Part shown: positions 51,620-64,000 of the stretch, piece by piece
How positions within the stretch are numbered: position 1 is the first letter of the stretch
Layout of the letters: each line of letters opens with the position of its first letter
Source: Lama glama
Taxonomy: Eukaryota
Assembly (NCBI GenBank): GCA_028534125.1
Contig: CM052817.1
Coordinates: 50,346,001-50,410,000, forward strand
Direction: 5' to 3'
Length of the DNA: 64,000 nt
Program-made: the position numbers and the translations under genes
Notes under the pieces: model-generated
Databases searched by the model: none
Told to the model about the DNA's origin: nothing
Seen by the model: the letters and a program-made list of their open reading frames with translations, nothing else

Positions 51620-52251
51620 ACTTGACGAGACCCCTGGGATCCTGGAAAACAGGGACAGTTGAAGAAATCATCACCCTTTGTTTCCAGGAACTTGGCTTAC
51701 CCACAAAGAACCATCTTTCCCCTTATGACTTCTGTTCGACTCATGAACATTGGCCTTGTTTACCTACGCCAAAGCCAGACACAGACCCTCCAAGTTCGCA
51801 TTTCTTTGACTTGTGAAAGATGAGCTGAACTGTTTGTCCCAGTTGATCATTCAGAGCAAAGTGCTTACTATCTGACTTGACCAACTTAAATGAACTTCTC
51901 TTCCTTCCCTAGGTTTCTGATCTCTGACTTGTCCTCAGCCTGAACCAGTATACAGCCTTACTCACCTTTTCCTCCCTAGAGTTGGCTGACTGCAAGGAAA
52001 CATGTTCCTTGATCACCAGGTCGATCATGCCACATACTCCCCAACAATTTTTTTCTGGTCTTGTTTACTTCTCTGTATAAAAGAAAATTCCTTTCTGCCT
52101 AACCTTTGAGATGCTTGCAGATCTTGTGGTCAGAGCATTCTCCTTATGGTGGTAGTCCCCTTGCCCTATTGCAATATTCCTTTCATTTTGTTAGCAATTC
52201 TTTCAGAAAAATTCGCTTCTTACCCAAATCTGGATTTGTTTTTATTTGACA
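51620..52251 (+). mobile_element. ERV1 solo LTR (MER90-like)
   Basis: 'gccagacacagaccctccaa', 'ctgaactgtttgtccc', 'acctttgagatgcttgcagatctt', end 'tttttatttgaca'. Confidence 0.7.
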
Positions 52252-52550
52252 TGTCCAATCAACATGTAATGCAAGCCGCATCGATAATTTAAAATGTTTT
52301 AGTAGGACATGGAAAAAAGTGAAGGAAATAGGTGAAATTATTTTTAATATTTTGTTTTATTTAACTCAATATATTCAAAGTATCATTTCAACTTGTAGTC
52401 AGTAAGATTATTAACAGGCTGTTTTATATTCCTTTTTCATCCTACATTTTTGATACCTAGTGTGCAGTTTTATACTCTGAGAACATTTCAGGTTTGAGTT
52501 GCCACATTTCAGGCACTCAATGCTTTGCTGTTGTAGTGGACAAAGCAGTA
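52252..52550. mobile_element. hAT-Charlie MITE (MER33-like)
   Basis: 'tgtccaat...aatgcaagcc...taatttaaaatgttttagtag...aggtgaaatta...gccacatttcaggcactcaat...tggacaaagcag'. Confidence 0.75.
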
Positions 52551-54683
52551 TTTTTGGTGCAGGCTCTCTTTGTCTCCCTGGAAAGTTTGTTTTTCTCATT
52601 GGGCTCAGCTCCTTCTCCTTCTCTTCTACTATGTTAGTCTCTTTTTCCTTGCCTACCTCAGAAGCTTGCATGTTCTTAATGTTCAGATTTCACTGCATGA
52701 GACACATTTTCTCATTTTCCAACTTATGTAAATGTCTGAGTTCCTTGACAATAGAAAAGATTAAGACTACAGCTTAACACGGTTATTTACTAATGTCAGA
52801 TACTTTCATCTCAGCTTAGGGGAAAGAGGCATTCCTTGCTTATCTAAAAAAAAATGTCTAGAGCTATCAATCCATAGCCACAGAAATATTAAGTATAGTA
52901 ACCCAAAACATCTCATAATAAGGCACACTTAGTGGGGTAAGTTGGTTGGGTGTTCAGAATTGAATATTGGGGTGATAAGCTGTGGTGGGCTCTATGAGAA
53001 CAAAGGGAAAATTGTATTGACCACAAATTCTCTATTTATGCCTTCTCTGAAATTTCTGTCTTGTTCTCTTAAAAATAAAAATGAAAATAACACCTGATGC
53101 TTCAATATTCACATTTAAGTCGGATCATCTATGCAAGTAGAACAATAGCTTAGCATCTGCTGCTGCTGCTTGAGTGCGTCTCTAGAGATTGCTTTGAAAT
53201 ATCACTACATACTCAGCATTTGAGAAACTGAAATTGATTCAAGAAGGATTGCTGCTTCAGTGGTCCATGTTACTCAGCAAGTTTCCCCAAGTGCCCATCC
53301 ACTGTCATCACTAATGTGGCGTCATTCGCCAGCTGAACACACAGGAGCACTTTGCTTGGCTCGCCAGTCGCAAAGATGATGGATGGGCCAGGGCCAGGTT
53401 TTCTTTCTCTGTAGTTAGGCTTAGGAATCATGTTCTTAACTAGATTCTGTTTCGTTTCATCCTCTTTCTCTTCCTCTCAGTTTTAGCTCTTATAAAGCAG
53501 TGTGAATTCCACACTACAGAAAAGAAATTTAAAAATTATCTAATTTCACCAAAATTTATTCAGAACCTAATGTGTGCCAGGCATTGTGTTTAAGCATTGG
53601 ATATTGCACACCTGAGTAAAATACTCAAGAATCTGATACTTTAGAAGGGATATAGAAAAGTAAATATATAACTATGATTACAAAATTAGTGCCATGATAG
53701 TGTTGTTTTTAAAATGTGGGCAGGCATATCAATGAGTGAGATTAATTTCATTTGGAGGTGAGAGTATAGGGAGAAACTAGAGCATGGTGGTTACATTTGT
53801 TCTGATATTTAAAGGAGATTATGGAGATGAGAAAAGGAAAAATCCCCCAAGTAGAAGAATTAACACTAGCAGGGGGCCTGATGTATCCAAGGTGAATAAC
53901 TAGATGCTAGGGTGGGGAGGAAGGAAACAGTACATGATCTTAAAGTTGTAAACTGTGGTTAGATTGTATATCTGCTGGTAAACCAGAGTTAGGAGTTTGT
54001 GGGTTTTTTTGATAGTCATTGGGAACAAAAGGAGATTGTGAAAATAATGACATGATACGACTTTATAACTGTGATTTGGAAGAATGTGAAGAAGAATTTG
54101 AAAAGGAATCCTGGTATAATAAGTAGAAAATAGTTTAATTTGGACATTTGCAAATGTGTCTTTTTAATTCCACCTTTTCTGACATGTAGCTGGTATTTTA
54201 ATTTTGCAGATCTCTGCCGCAGTAATTTCGTTCTTATTAATGGGCAGACCCTTTGTGTCCAGTTCTGTGAGACTGTCCATGACAGAAGGGATCTGGATAT
54301 GAGGTATGATTCCTCTTCTAGGACTAACCACTTTGGAGGATCTGTGGTTATCCTTGATAGCCAATCAAGGCTCTCAAAAAATAAAAAAACAAAAACCCTC
54401 CAAAAGAACCAATCTCCCTGCAAGTATTTATGACAAATTATTGGAATCTCTAGTGCAGTGTATGTTTGTGTATATGCGTGCCTGTGCAAGACACACATAT
54501 ATACAAATGCATTTGGAAATGATGAGCCTAGCCAGTGTTTATTTAATACAGATGTAAGGACACACTACAAACATGTGTAGAGAGTGAGAGGTATACCTCC
54601 AAAGACACCCACAGAGAGGGACACACACACTGGGACACATACAGTGGGAAATGCAAAGAGCCCAGCTCAGTACTTGTTTAATA

Positions 54684-55038
54684 ATGGAAAGGCATAAAGT
54701 TCTCATACATGCTGCAACATTGAGAAACCTTGAAAATATTATGCTAAATGAAAGAAGCCAGACACAAAAGGTCACTTACTCTATAATTCCGTTTCTGTGA
54801 ACTGTCTGGAATAGGCAAATCCACAGAGACAGAAGGAAGATTACTGGTTGCCAGGGGCTGGTGGGAGGGAGAAGTGGAGACTGATTGCTTAATGCGTACT
54901 GTCTTTTTGAAGTAATGAAAGTGTTCTGGATTTAGATAGTGGTAATGGTTGTATAACATTGTGAATATACTAAAAACCATGTACTAAAGTGGTTAAAATG
55001 GTGAATTTTATGCTACAAGAATTTTATATCATAAAAAA
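54684..55038 (+). mobile_element. L1MB-type 3' end
   Basis: 'aaccttgaaaatattatgctaaatgaaagaagccagacacaaaagg...aataggcaaatccacagagacagaa...tggttgccagggg...aaaatggtgaattttatg'. Confidence 0.85.
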
Positions 55039-56759
55039 GAGACAGAATCCCTCCCCCCCAATATCATAGAAACACAATAATACAGGAGCCAAATACAACA
55101 CACATAGAGGAAAAATGAATCCACACAAATATATACAGAGAGATACAGAGAATGAAAGAGAGACATGATCGTAGACAGATACACAGAGAGATGGAAAGAA
55201 AAAGACAGGCATCAGAATTGAAATGGGAATACCAAAGATTAAATCAGAAAATAGTGAAATCAAAGTAAATAAAAACCTCAATTTGTAAATAAATTGCATA
55301 ATTAGGCAGGATTGACATGTTCCAAAAGGAGATTTAAACTATATGAAAGGTGACCTTTTTTAAGATGACATTTATTAAACTGTGGCAATGACAATATGTA
55401 AAGTAATATTTCAGTCACTTAAATCATTTAATTGTAGGATAAATGAAAGGAAATAATTGGAATTTGGGACTTGTGAGATATCTAGTTTAGTCATACAGAA
55501 GTATTCATCCTTAATATCTGTGACATTGCATTACAAGTAAATAATCAGTGTATGAATATGGTGTGGAAAGAAATAACATTCTTCAAGAATAAATTTAAGT
55601 AATTTCCTGTATATATTTGGCCTTGATTTTCTTACGGTAGAAAGTAGCTTTATTATCTCAGTTGATTTTATTTCCCCGATAAAGGGCCATTGTGATATTG
55701 CCATGCCTTGCAGGCCTGCTATTAATTTTAATAAGAATTTAATAAGTGTGAAATCCTTTGGGAGTTTGTAACTGAAAGTTACCAGATGTTCTGTGCGAGG
55801 ACAATGTGGTTTAGGTGTAACTGAAAGCTGTTATGCTGTACTCACCTTTTAAAAAGAAATTTGTATCCTGCTTATCTAAACCTAGTTCATGACCATGGTT
55901 CTTACTTAATTTCCCTCTGTTTTATTCAGATGGTGTCCTTTTCTATTTTTATGATGGAAACTTCGGATTAGTTCAGAAGGTCTGTTGTCACTGAGTCTTG
56001 CAAGAGAGGAAGAAAAGTTTGTCTTATACACTGGGGTTTGAGGGAAATAACTGCTCTCTAGAGCAGTTTGACTTCACTTTCTCTTTCCAAGGTTATGGAC
56101 CTTACTACATTCTTGAAAGGATGCTTCCAGCAAAGTGCCTCCTTATTATGAATGAGGTCTTCTTATTGTTCACAGGAGTGCTAGAAGCCACCTTTTTTCA
56201 GCTTCACTTCTTTTATTATCTTCTTTTATCTTGCTCACTTTCATCTTATGCTTTCTCTTTGGCTTAAAATGAGTAAGCTGCAAGAAAGGCGGGGTAAAGG
56301 CCATGACTCAGACACTGGCCAATGGAAGCTTCTATAAAGTCTAAATCTTTTGATGAAAGTTGCAAAGTAAAATATAAAGGTGCTGCCATTTCTATAGAGA
56401 AAATGAAAAACTGTTTGAAGGGCAATACATATATGTTCAATTAAAGATTAGTAAAATTAATGTTTGAAATTTGGTATGTTTGTTGAGTTGTAGGATGAAT
56501 GTATTGATAAAGAGAAATGGGCAAGAACGTAACTAATCCTAGGGACCAAAGACTTTCAATGAGGAGGGAAAAGGGCTTTGTTTTGGAGCCTCTATTTTCA
56601 TTTAAGAGGGTATCTATCATCCATGAAATAACAGAGGCATGGAAATGCATATTGAAACAATGGGAAGAAAACTGATTTTCCCATGGGCATCTAGTGAATA
56701 TCAGTTTCTACTAAATGGTGGGGATGTATAAAGCAGCTGTATTACAGCTACTGACTTAC

Positions 56760-57990
56760 CACAGCCACACATTACCTTTCAGACTCTTTGATTTTCTATA
56801 AGATGTGACTCGTTTGACCAGTTAACTTTTTGGCTTTCCCTCTTTAACCTCTCCAGTGCTTCACACTCCTGATTCTCCTCCTGACTCCTAGACTGTTGTT
56901 TCCACGCTCCCTTTTAGGCTGCTTTTCCTGCAGCTGATCCTTAAATATGAGTAGTATTTTGGATCTTGGTTTGGATATGGATGCTATTCCTTTCTCCTGC
57001 TATATATTCTCCCTGGGCAATGTAGTTTTCATAGACTCATATGTTTATGGTTTACAGGTTTTGTGGATGGACTCACTTATATCCATGGTGTTAATGGATA
57101 CGCATATATTTGTGATCTCCAAATTTCCACTTGTAACTCAGATTTCTTCTGAACTATCTTAGCCTATTGAATATCCCACTGGGATGTCCCACAACCATAT
57201 TAAATAGTCTAAGACTGGGTATTTACCTTAAATACAGTATGTTCAGAATGAAATCATGTATTTAACTTCATTTTGAATTTATTCCTCTTTTAGTTTACAA
57301 GGTATCAAAATATTTCTACTTTCTTAATGCAGAAACCTGGGAATCATCTTAAATTTTCCCTTTTGCTCAAAATGACCTAAGCATTCTACTGGCTCAGTCT
57401 CTTTCCCATCTCTTACCTTCATATTACTTCATTCATTTTGCTGGGAAAATTTCTTATAAATTTACATTATTTCAGCAGCTTTCTAATTTCCCCTTTTCTA
57501 ATGAATCTACCCAAAATCATCTTTAAAAATTGCTAATATGACCATGTAACTCTCAAGTTTAAAGTATTTCAATGGCTTTATGTTACTTGAAGACCTCCTT
57601 TATGTGACACACAAAACATATTATTTTGTGATATCTACTTATTTCTTTAATATTCTCTTTACAACTCCTCTACCTTGAAGCCAGAGACCCAACCCTAGTG
57701 AATGTCTTCCAGTTTCTGAAAAAGGTTGTCTTCCTCTTATGCTCTTTCCTTTGCACCTGCTGTTTCCTTTTCAGTTATGCTTTGAGAGCCTCTGTTACCC
57801 ATTATTCAAGATCTAGATTGAGGATCATCCTTCTATAGCATCTTCCCTGCCCTTCTCTCCCTCTTAGAATGATTCTTTTCTTTTTCTTTTTTCTTTTTTT
57901 TTTTTTTACCACTACAGTGATTGAAAACTTATTTAATTTGTCATACCCTGTTTTATACTGCATTGTGGATTCACTAAGGCAGAAATCTTG
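56760..57990 (+). mobile_element. Degraded L2
   Basis: 'actcctgattctcctcctgactc', 'ctccctgggcaat', 'gaaacctgggaatcatctt', 'tttcaatggcttt'. Confidence 0.6.
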
Positions 57991-58019
57991 TTATTTTAAT
58001 AACAGTAACCGTATTAGTC

Positions 58020-58740
58020 CCACTGGAGAATTCTGAGAACTGAGTGACAGGATCTGACATAACTGTAAATGATCATTCTGGAAACTGTGTGTGGGCTAGG
58101 ATGTAAGATAAAAGAGCACCTCTTGTAATGATCCATGTGCTATGTGATGTTGGTTTAAATCAGGAGGCTGTGGGAGAGGTGAGAGAAAAGTGTTTGATAG
58201 AACTTGCTGATGAGTCGGTGATGGCTAAGTGCTGTGGATGTGAAAAAAGGGTGTCCCTGTTTTTGGCCTGATTAAATACATGGATAGAGTGATCTCTTAT
58301 CAACATTGAAAGACTATGGGATCTGTGAATTTTAGGGGTGTATAGGAACCAGGAGTTGAGTTTTGATATGTTAAGTTTCAGATATCTATCAGACATCCAA
58401 GGGGAAATGTTGATTTCGTACTTAAATATGAGTCTGAAGTTCAATGTCAAGTTTTGATATGGTACAAATTTGGGAATTTGTGTATTGAAGGTATTTAAAA
58501 TTATGAGTCAGGGGATCATCTAGGAATAAAAATAAAGAAGAAAAGACCAAAGTTTGAAGACTTCAACATTTAGAGGTTATGGAGATGAGGAGAATTCAAC
58601 AAAAGAACATGGGAAGAATTGGGCAGTAATACAGATGGAGTACAAAGAGAGCCAAGAGAGAAAATGTGTTCTAAGGAGGGAGTGATCAGATTTGTTAAAT
58701 ACTATTAATAAGTCATGATGAGAGCTGAGATCTGATCATA
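58020..58740 (-). mobile_element. L2 fragment
   Basis: 'gagttgagttttgatatgttaagtttcagatatctatcagacatccaagggg', 'caacatttagaggt', 'ggagggagtgatca'. Confidence 0.7.
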
Positions 58741-59709
58741 ATTTTTAAATGAAACCCCATTCATTCATTCATTCAAGAGTGCTCTTGAGAAACTTGAGAA
58801 GTACCATTGTGGGAACTCTGAATCAACTTTGAGGAAAACATGTACAGAACAGGAAATAAGTGGGACTCTTTTAAAAATCAGTCTCAGAATACTTGCATAT
58901 TCACCCTCTTCCTGCACTATCAGAGAAATCTGATGGAAAAAGTGACATAAGTGGAAGTAATGCCCACCCTTACAGTCTGTGGGAGAATTGATCTGCATGT
59001 TTTCCGGAACTTTCTTTAGTAAGAGGGAAGGAATCTACTATTTCAAACTCTTACAATATATCTAGTCTCTGAAGTCTTGTTGGGAATTTCTGTAAAATAA
59101 TTAATTGTTGAGTGAAAGAAGGCGGAAGAAGTTTGACATGATTAGGAATGGTAGAGTGGATCTGAGTAACATCTGATACTCACTGGCACTATGTGAACAT
59201 GCAGGCGTAATGACATTTTTTCAAAAGGTTAATGCATGTATTATGTTAGCATGGCTTACTTTAAAGCTGTGCAAATATTCTCTAAGAAATAAAAAAAAGT
59301 CAGCCTCCATTCTATCAAAACTGAATACAAAAATTCTAATAGAAAGCAGTTGAAATACAAATAAAGTACATTAAAAAATTTAAACTATAAAGAGTATAAT
59401 CATTCTTTTAGGAAAAGCAGCAGTTTTTGAGCTTATTGTCCCCAATTTAAAATAGTTACAAATAAGCAGCGTATCCAAGTGGTTTAAAATTAAAATGAAG
59501 TAAATGAGGGAACTTTCTGTCCTATTCATTTCCCCCTAGCTGCTCAGTTTTATCCTCTCAAGAGACAAACAGAATTATTAGTTAAAATAAAAGTTCATGT
59601 TAAAATTTATTTTTGAATGACTTATACAAACAAGATGCTGTGTTAGATATTATAGTATCAGTCTTAAACAAATTTGAAAAAATTCAAATCTGACTCTGAA
59701 AAATATGCT

Positions 59710-61629
59710 AGCACTACTTAAAAGTAGACAGCTACAGTACTACAATTCCACTCTGGAGTGGCTGCGAAGGACTGTGGTGAAAGGAAATCTCAGTCAGCAG
59801 AACTTTAAACATTGAAGGAGGAATAGCCAGAGTACTATTTCATCGGTGGCTATTGGTTAGATTGGATAGTCAGGAACTTAGAAGAAACACAATTAGAAAA
59901 TTGGTTACAGAGTACTATGGGGTATACATATCCTGGTGGAACTCACTGGATGGACACAGAGTGTGAAGTCATTTGTATCCTATGTGAATGCTTCCCAGGG
60001 AGCAAACTTAGCAGAGGAGGAGCTTAATAATGAGCAAGATGATACATTCTTTTCCCAGCTATTCTTGTCCTTCCTCAGTGGGCTCACAAATTCTCCATAG
60101 TGGTGGTAATGAAGGTTACACATGGACTCAAAAAATGGACTTCCAGTCACCGAGGATGAATGGCTACAGCCACTGCAGAGTGCCCAATCTGTCAAGAGTG
60201 GAGACTAACACTAAGCCCCCACTATGGTGCCATTCTCTGTAGTGATCAGCTAGCCAGCTGTGGCAGATTGAATATATTGGATCACTTCCCTGATGGAAAG
60301 GGCCAGGATTTGTACTCATTGATCTGGGTATGGGTTTGCCATCCCTCTCCTCAATTGTTCTTCCAAAATCACCAGGCATGGACCTACAGATGACTTAGTC
60401 CCTGTTTTGGCATTCCTACAGTATTTCTTCTGACCAAGGAACTAACTTTACATCAAATAAAATGTGACAGTGGACTTATGATTGTGGAATTCTCTAGTCT
60501 TACCATGTTCTCCATTACCATGAGATATCTAATTTGATAGGTATTTTGATGGCATTTTGATGACTCAGTTTTAATGTCAGTTTGGGCAACACTTTGTAAG
60601 CTGGGGGTAGTGGCTGGTGGGATGTGATATATACTCTAAATCAGTCATCAATATATGATGGTGTTTCTCCCACAGCAAGATTCAAAGTGTGGAAATGAGT
60701 GACTTCTTATTCTGTTAATTCCAGTGATTTGCTAAAGAAATTTTTCCTTTTCTACTTTAACTTTGCACTCTGCTTATCTAAAGAACCTAATTCCCAAGAG
60801 AGAAATGCTTCTACCAAGGGACAGAGGAATAGTTCTATTAAACTGAAAGTTGGTATTGACCCCTGGGAGACTCACATACCAGTGTATCAACAGGCAAATA
60901 AGGTTTACTGTATTAGATATGGTGATCAATCCTGACTATCATGGGGAAATTGGAGGTTTTTAAACATGTAAAAACATGGGGTTTACTACTACCCAATTAG
61001 AGTCTCTCTAGAATGTAGGAGATATTCTAGAACACTTATTAATACTTTCAATTTCTATGATTAAATTCAATGGAAAAAATACAACAATCACATACAGACA
61101 GGATGACTAATGGCCCTGACCCTTCAGAAATGAAGATCTGGATTAGTATGCAAACCAAGGTGCTTGCTGAGGGCAAAGTATACATGAACTGGATAATGAA
61201 AGAAAGATGTTTTGAATACCAGCTCCTATCATGCATTTAGTTGCAGAAATGAGGACTGTAATAATCACAAATGTTTATTCTTTATTTTGATCTAAATGCA
61301 TTTGTGCATATTCTAACTATTCTTTCCTTATCTCATTCCCCTATGACCTAACATAACATGTGATAATAATAGCTAACTTCTTATCTTGGTGTTTAAGTTA
61401 TAGGGCATCAGGGAGAAGCATGACTTAGCAAGATGATAAATAAACATCATCCAAAGATGAAGAGAGTGAGTTCACGTTCTTTTCTTGGGGAGATAAGTAG
61501 CATATATTTGGTTATACAAGGGATAGTTGCATCATTTTAAGTGAATCCATGATTTTGCCGTTGTTTTTATTTGGAAGTTAAGTTTGGTTAAAAGAGATGT
61601 GTATGGTGCCTAGTTAATAAAGAGTGAGC
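59710..61629 (+). mobile_element. ERV-L (MLT2-associated) internal remnant: RNase H - integrase - dUTPase
   Basis: RNase H-like 'gacagctacagtactacaattccactctgga...aaggactgtggtgaaaggaaatc...gcagaactt'; IN zinc-finger end ATATAECPICQEWRLTLSPHYG (60160 ORF); 'tctgaccaaggaactaacttta' (SDQGTNF); dUTPase-like segment ~60780-60955. Confidence 0.85.
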
Positions 61630-62232
61630 TGTGGTGACTTTGTAATGTGTCCACTTATCTAATCCAGGACTACTTTTCCAGAATTATTTTCCCTCCATGA
61701 TAAGCTTTGACCACAAGAGAAATTTGTTTGAGATTTGGAAAGCAAAAGAGAAGCAGCAACCAGGCTTACACGGTGCAGGGTGGTCTTGGCACAGGCACAC
61801 TTGTATCTCCCCTACATTGTAGCTCTGCCAGCCTGTCTCCAGGTCTTGCTAGGTCTCCTCCTTTAGCTTCGTTAAATCCTGAGAAATCTTCACACACAGC
61901 TGTGTGGTGAAGTGCACCAGGTCTGCAGGAAAACTGCACCACTGAAGTTGGAGGCTAGAGGCTTAGAGGAGGTATGATACCAAGGCAGATTTCTGGTGAG
62001 AGACAGATATGGGTTTGATATCCTTGAGGTTAAAGTGCATCCTCATAGGTTCATTTGTCCTTGCTGTCCTTCTATTCATATTTATCCTCCCTTTCTGACC
62101 ATTGACCCAGTTTACTTGATGCTGGGCGCTGTGTGTAGGGGTAACAGATAGATCTGAAATAAATAAATCTCTAAATAAGCCCTTATATTACCCACAGAGG
62201 TTCTGCTGCTCTGATGGAACATGACTGATAGA
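61630..62232 (+). mobile_element. MLT2-family 3' LTR of the ERV-L remnant
   Basis: Follows a purine tract; 'tgtggtgactttgtaatgtgtccactt' through 'aataaatctc...ggttctgctgctctgatggaacatgactgata'. Confidence 0.75.
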
Positions 62233-62799
62233 CATTCTAGTCAGAAAGATACATGTGTATAAGGAACTATAAGATAGTAGATGTAGTTATAACATACATA
62301 TGACACTGGAAATACAGGAAGGGGTGCGTGTGCACAATAGTGGGAGAGAGAGGGAGAGAAGAGAGACTTAGGGATTGGAAAAGACTTCATGCAGGGGTGG
62401 CATTTTATTCTATGAACCTTGAAGAATAGGTAGAATTTCTGCTGGCATGATAAGAAGACCCAAATGGAGATGAGAAGATTATCAACTGCATACTTAACAG
62501 TTGCCAGATAATGGTACAAAGGGAAATAAAATAGACACAATTCCTGATGATTTGGAATTTATAGACTAGCAAGGACAGTTCACACTGAAAATGTGTGAAT
62601 TCACTTCATCTAGTGAAGGATTCTAATTATGTACTGCATATTTTGTTCTGATTATAGCTAAATGACCCTCAAATGACTAGCTGAATCTTGAATACCCTCA
62701 GATTTTCCCAGCATGGATAACTTTTGCGGGATGCTGTTAACAAGGTGTAAGGAAAAAGTCTCTGGGCTCTTGGTTTCCTTCCCTTGTTTCCCATTCTCA

Positions 62800-63960
62800 C
62801 TCCTTCCACCAGCTGCTCCCTGCCATCTGTCTTTACTGTTCTACTGAAACAGCTGTTGCACAGACCACCAGGGCTCTAATTGCTGAATCATAGATGGCAC
62901 GTTGTTCCTGATTTTATTTGACATTACTTTGCCATTTGACATTGTGGTCATTCCCTTTTTCTTTAAATTCTCTCAGCTCCTGACACTCCTGTCCCCTGGT
63001 TTTCCTTCTGTCTGTTTCTTATCTGTTCTATTTTTGTATTTAATATTTGGTTAATGCCACCTGAAAGTGCCAAAAGTGACCTGAAAGTCAATTTATCATT
63101 CCTTTTATCTACCATTCTATATATCCAATTAGTGATTGACTCCTAAACTAATAAATTGTTGAATTCCTTTTTTAAATTTGTGCCTTTTTATTCAATTTGA
63201 CTCTCCCTGTCTTCTTTTAACCCTCTACAACATATTCTTTGGCTACTATGAGAGCCTTCTTTTTTCTGCTTACTCTGTTTTGTCTTCTCCAATACATCTT
63301 TCACATGACCACCATGAACATATTTCAGAAGTAGAAATGTGGTTGTATAGTCTTCTTAACTCTTCAAGGGCCTCAGGATAAGAGCCACATTTCTTAAAAT
63401 GGCATTTAAAGAAACTGTGTATGATTTGGCACCTGACTGCCTCTCAATATTCAAATTCTAATACATGCTCCCACCCCTCCAACCATGTCAAATAACTTAA
63501 CTTCCCCAGAGAGGCCATCTCTTTATTTCCCAAAAAATCACCTTCTGTCTCCTTATCTACTTGGCTGACATCTACTCATGCTTCAATAGTAAATTCTAGG
63601 GTTATTATTAACTCATGTCTTCATTCAGTTGAAATTGATTGACCACCATTGATGTGCCAGATTCTGTTCCGTCTCCTTCATGAAGCCCTCCCTACCTAGT
63701 TGCTCTTTTCTTCTTGGCTTGATTTCCTTTGATTCTGATTATCCATGAATAGACGTGGATACTCACTGCTATCCTTCTGAAATTTGGATTCGAGTCCTCT
63801 CCTATGAAATTAAAATCCTATGCATGTAAGTATCATTACCATTAACTGTACCGTAACTTGTAGTTACCTTATTTATCTCCTTATCTGTCTCTCCAGATGT
63901 ACTGTAAGCCTATTGATGGCAGGAATTTTATCTTTGTATCTTGTGTATGTGTGAGCCCAT
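62800..63960 (+). mobile_element. Degraded L2
   Basis: 'tctactgaaacagct', 'catttgacattgtggtcattccct', 'ctcaggataagagccacatttctt', 'actgtaagcctattgatggcagg'. Confidence 0.6.
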
Positions 63961-64000
63961 TGGTTAGTGTGATTTCTGCAACTGAATTACCTCTTTATAC

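Noticed and set aside
54016..54498. Longest non-gap ORF (160 aa, minus strand)
   Set aside because: No recognisable domain, Phe/Leu/Ile-rich composition typical of random AT-rich sequence, no splice context.
1..64000. CRISPR array, operon or other novel multi-gene system
   Set aside because: Mammalian repeat-rich non-coding DNA; no regularly spaced repeat-spacer array, CpG island or intact coding cluster was seen.

Overview
AT-rich, CpG-poor placental-mammal DNA. Young L1 3' ends look cetartiodactyl, and no BovB/Bov-A, PRE-1 or CHR-2 SINEs were seen, so a camelid-like species is a tentative guess. I found no intact protein-coding gene and no convincing exon. The window is mostly decayed interspersed repeats (L1, L2, MIR, MaLR/ERV-L/ERV1 LTRs, hAT and Tigger MITEs) with a 500-N scaffold gap. 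Best-supported items: (1) a full-length DYNLL1 processed pseudogene on the minus strand (26629-27316; poly(A), 15-bp TSD) inside an ancient L1; (2) a tailless retrocopy of the 5' half of tRNA-Glu(CTC), ending at the anticodon, with a perfect 15-bp TSD (9739-9780); (3) three co-oriented ERV-L proviral remnants that all keep integrase-dUTPase; (4) two locally templated insertions; (5) a perfect 134-bp tandem duplication; (6) a strong one-strand bias of LTR elements, suggesting an intron of a minus-strand transcript. I see no evidence of a new multi-gene system. Repeat subfamily names come from recalled consensus sequences, not a search, and most boundaries are approximate.
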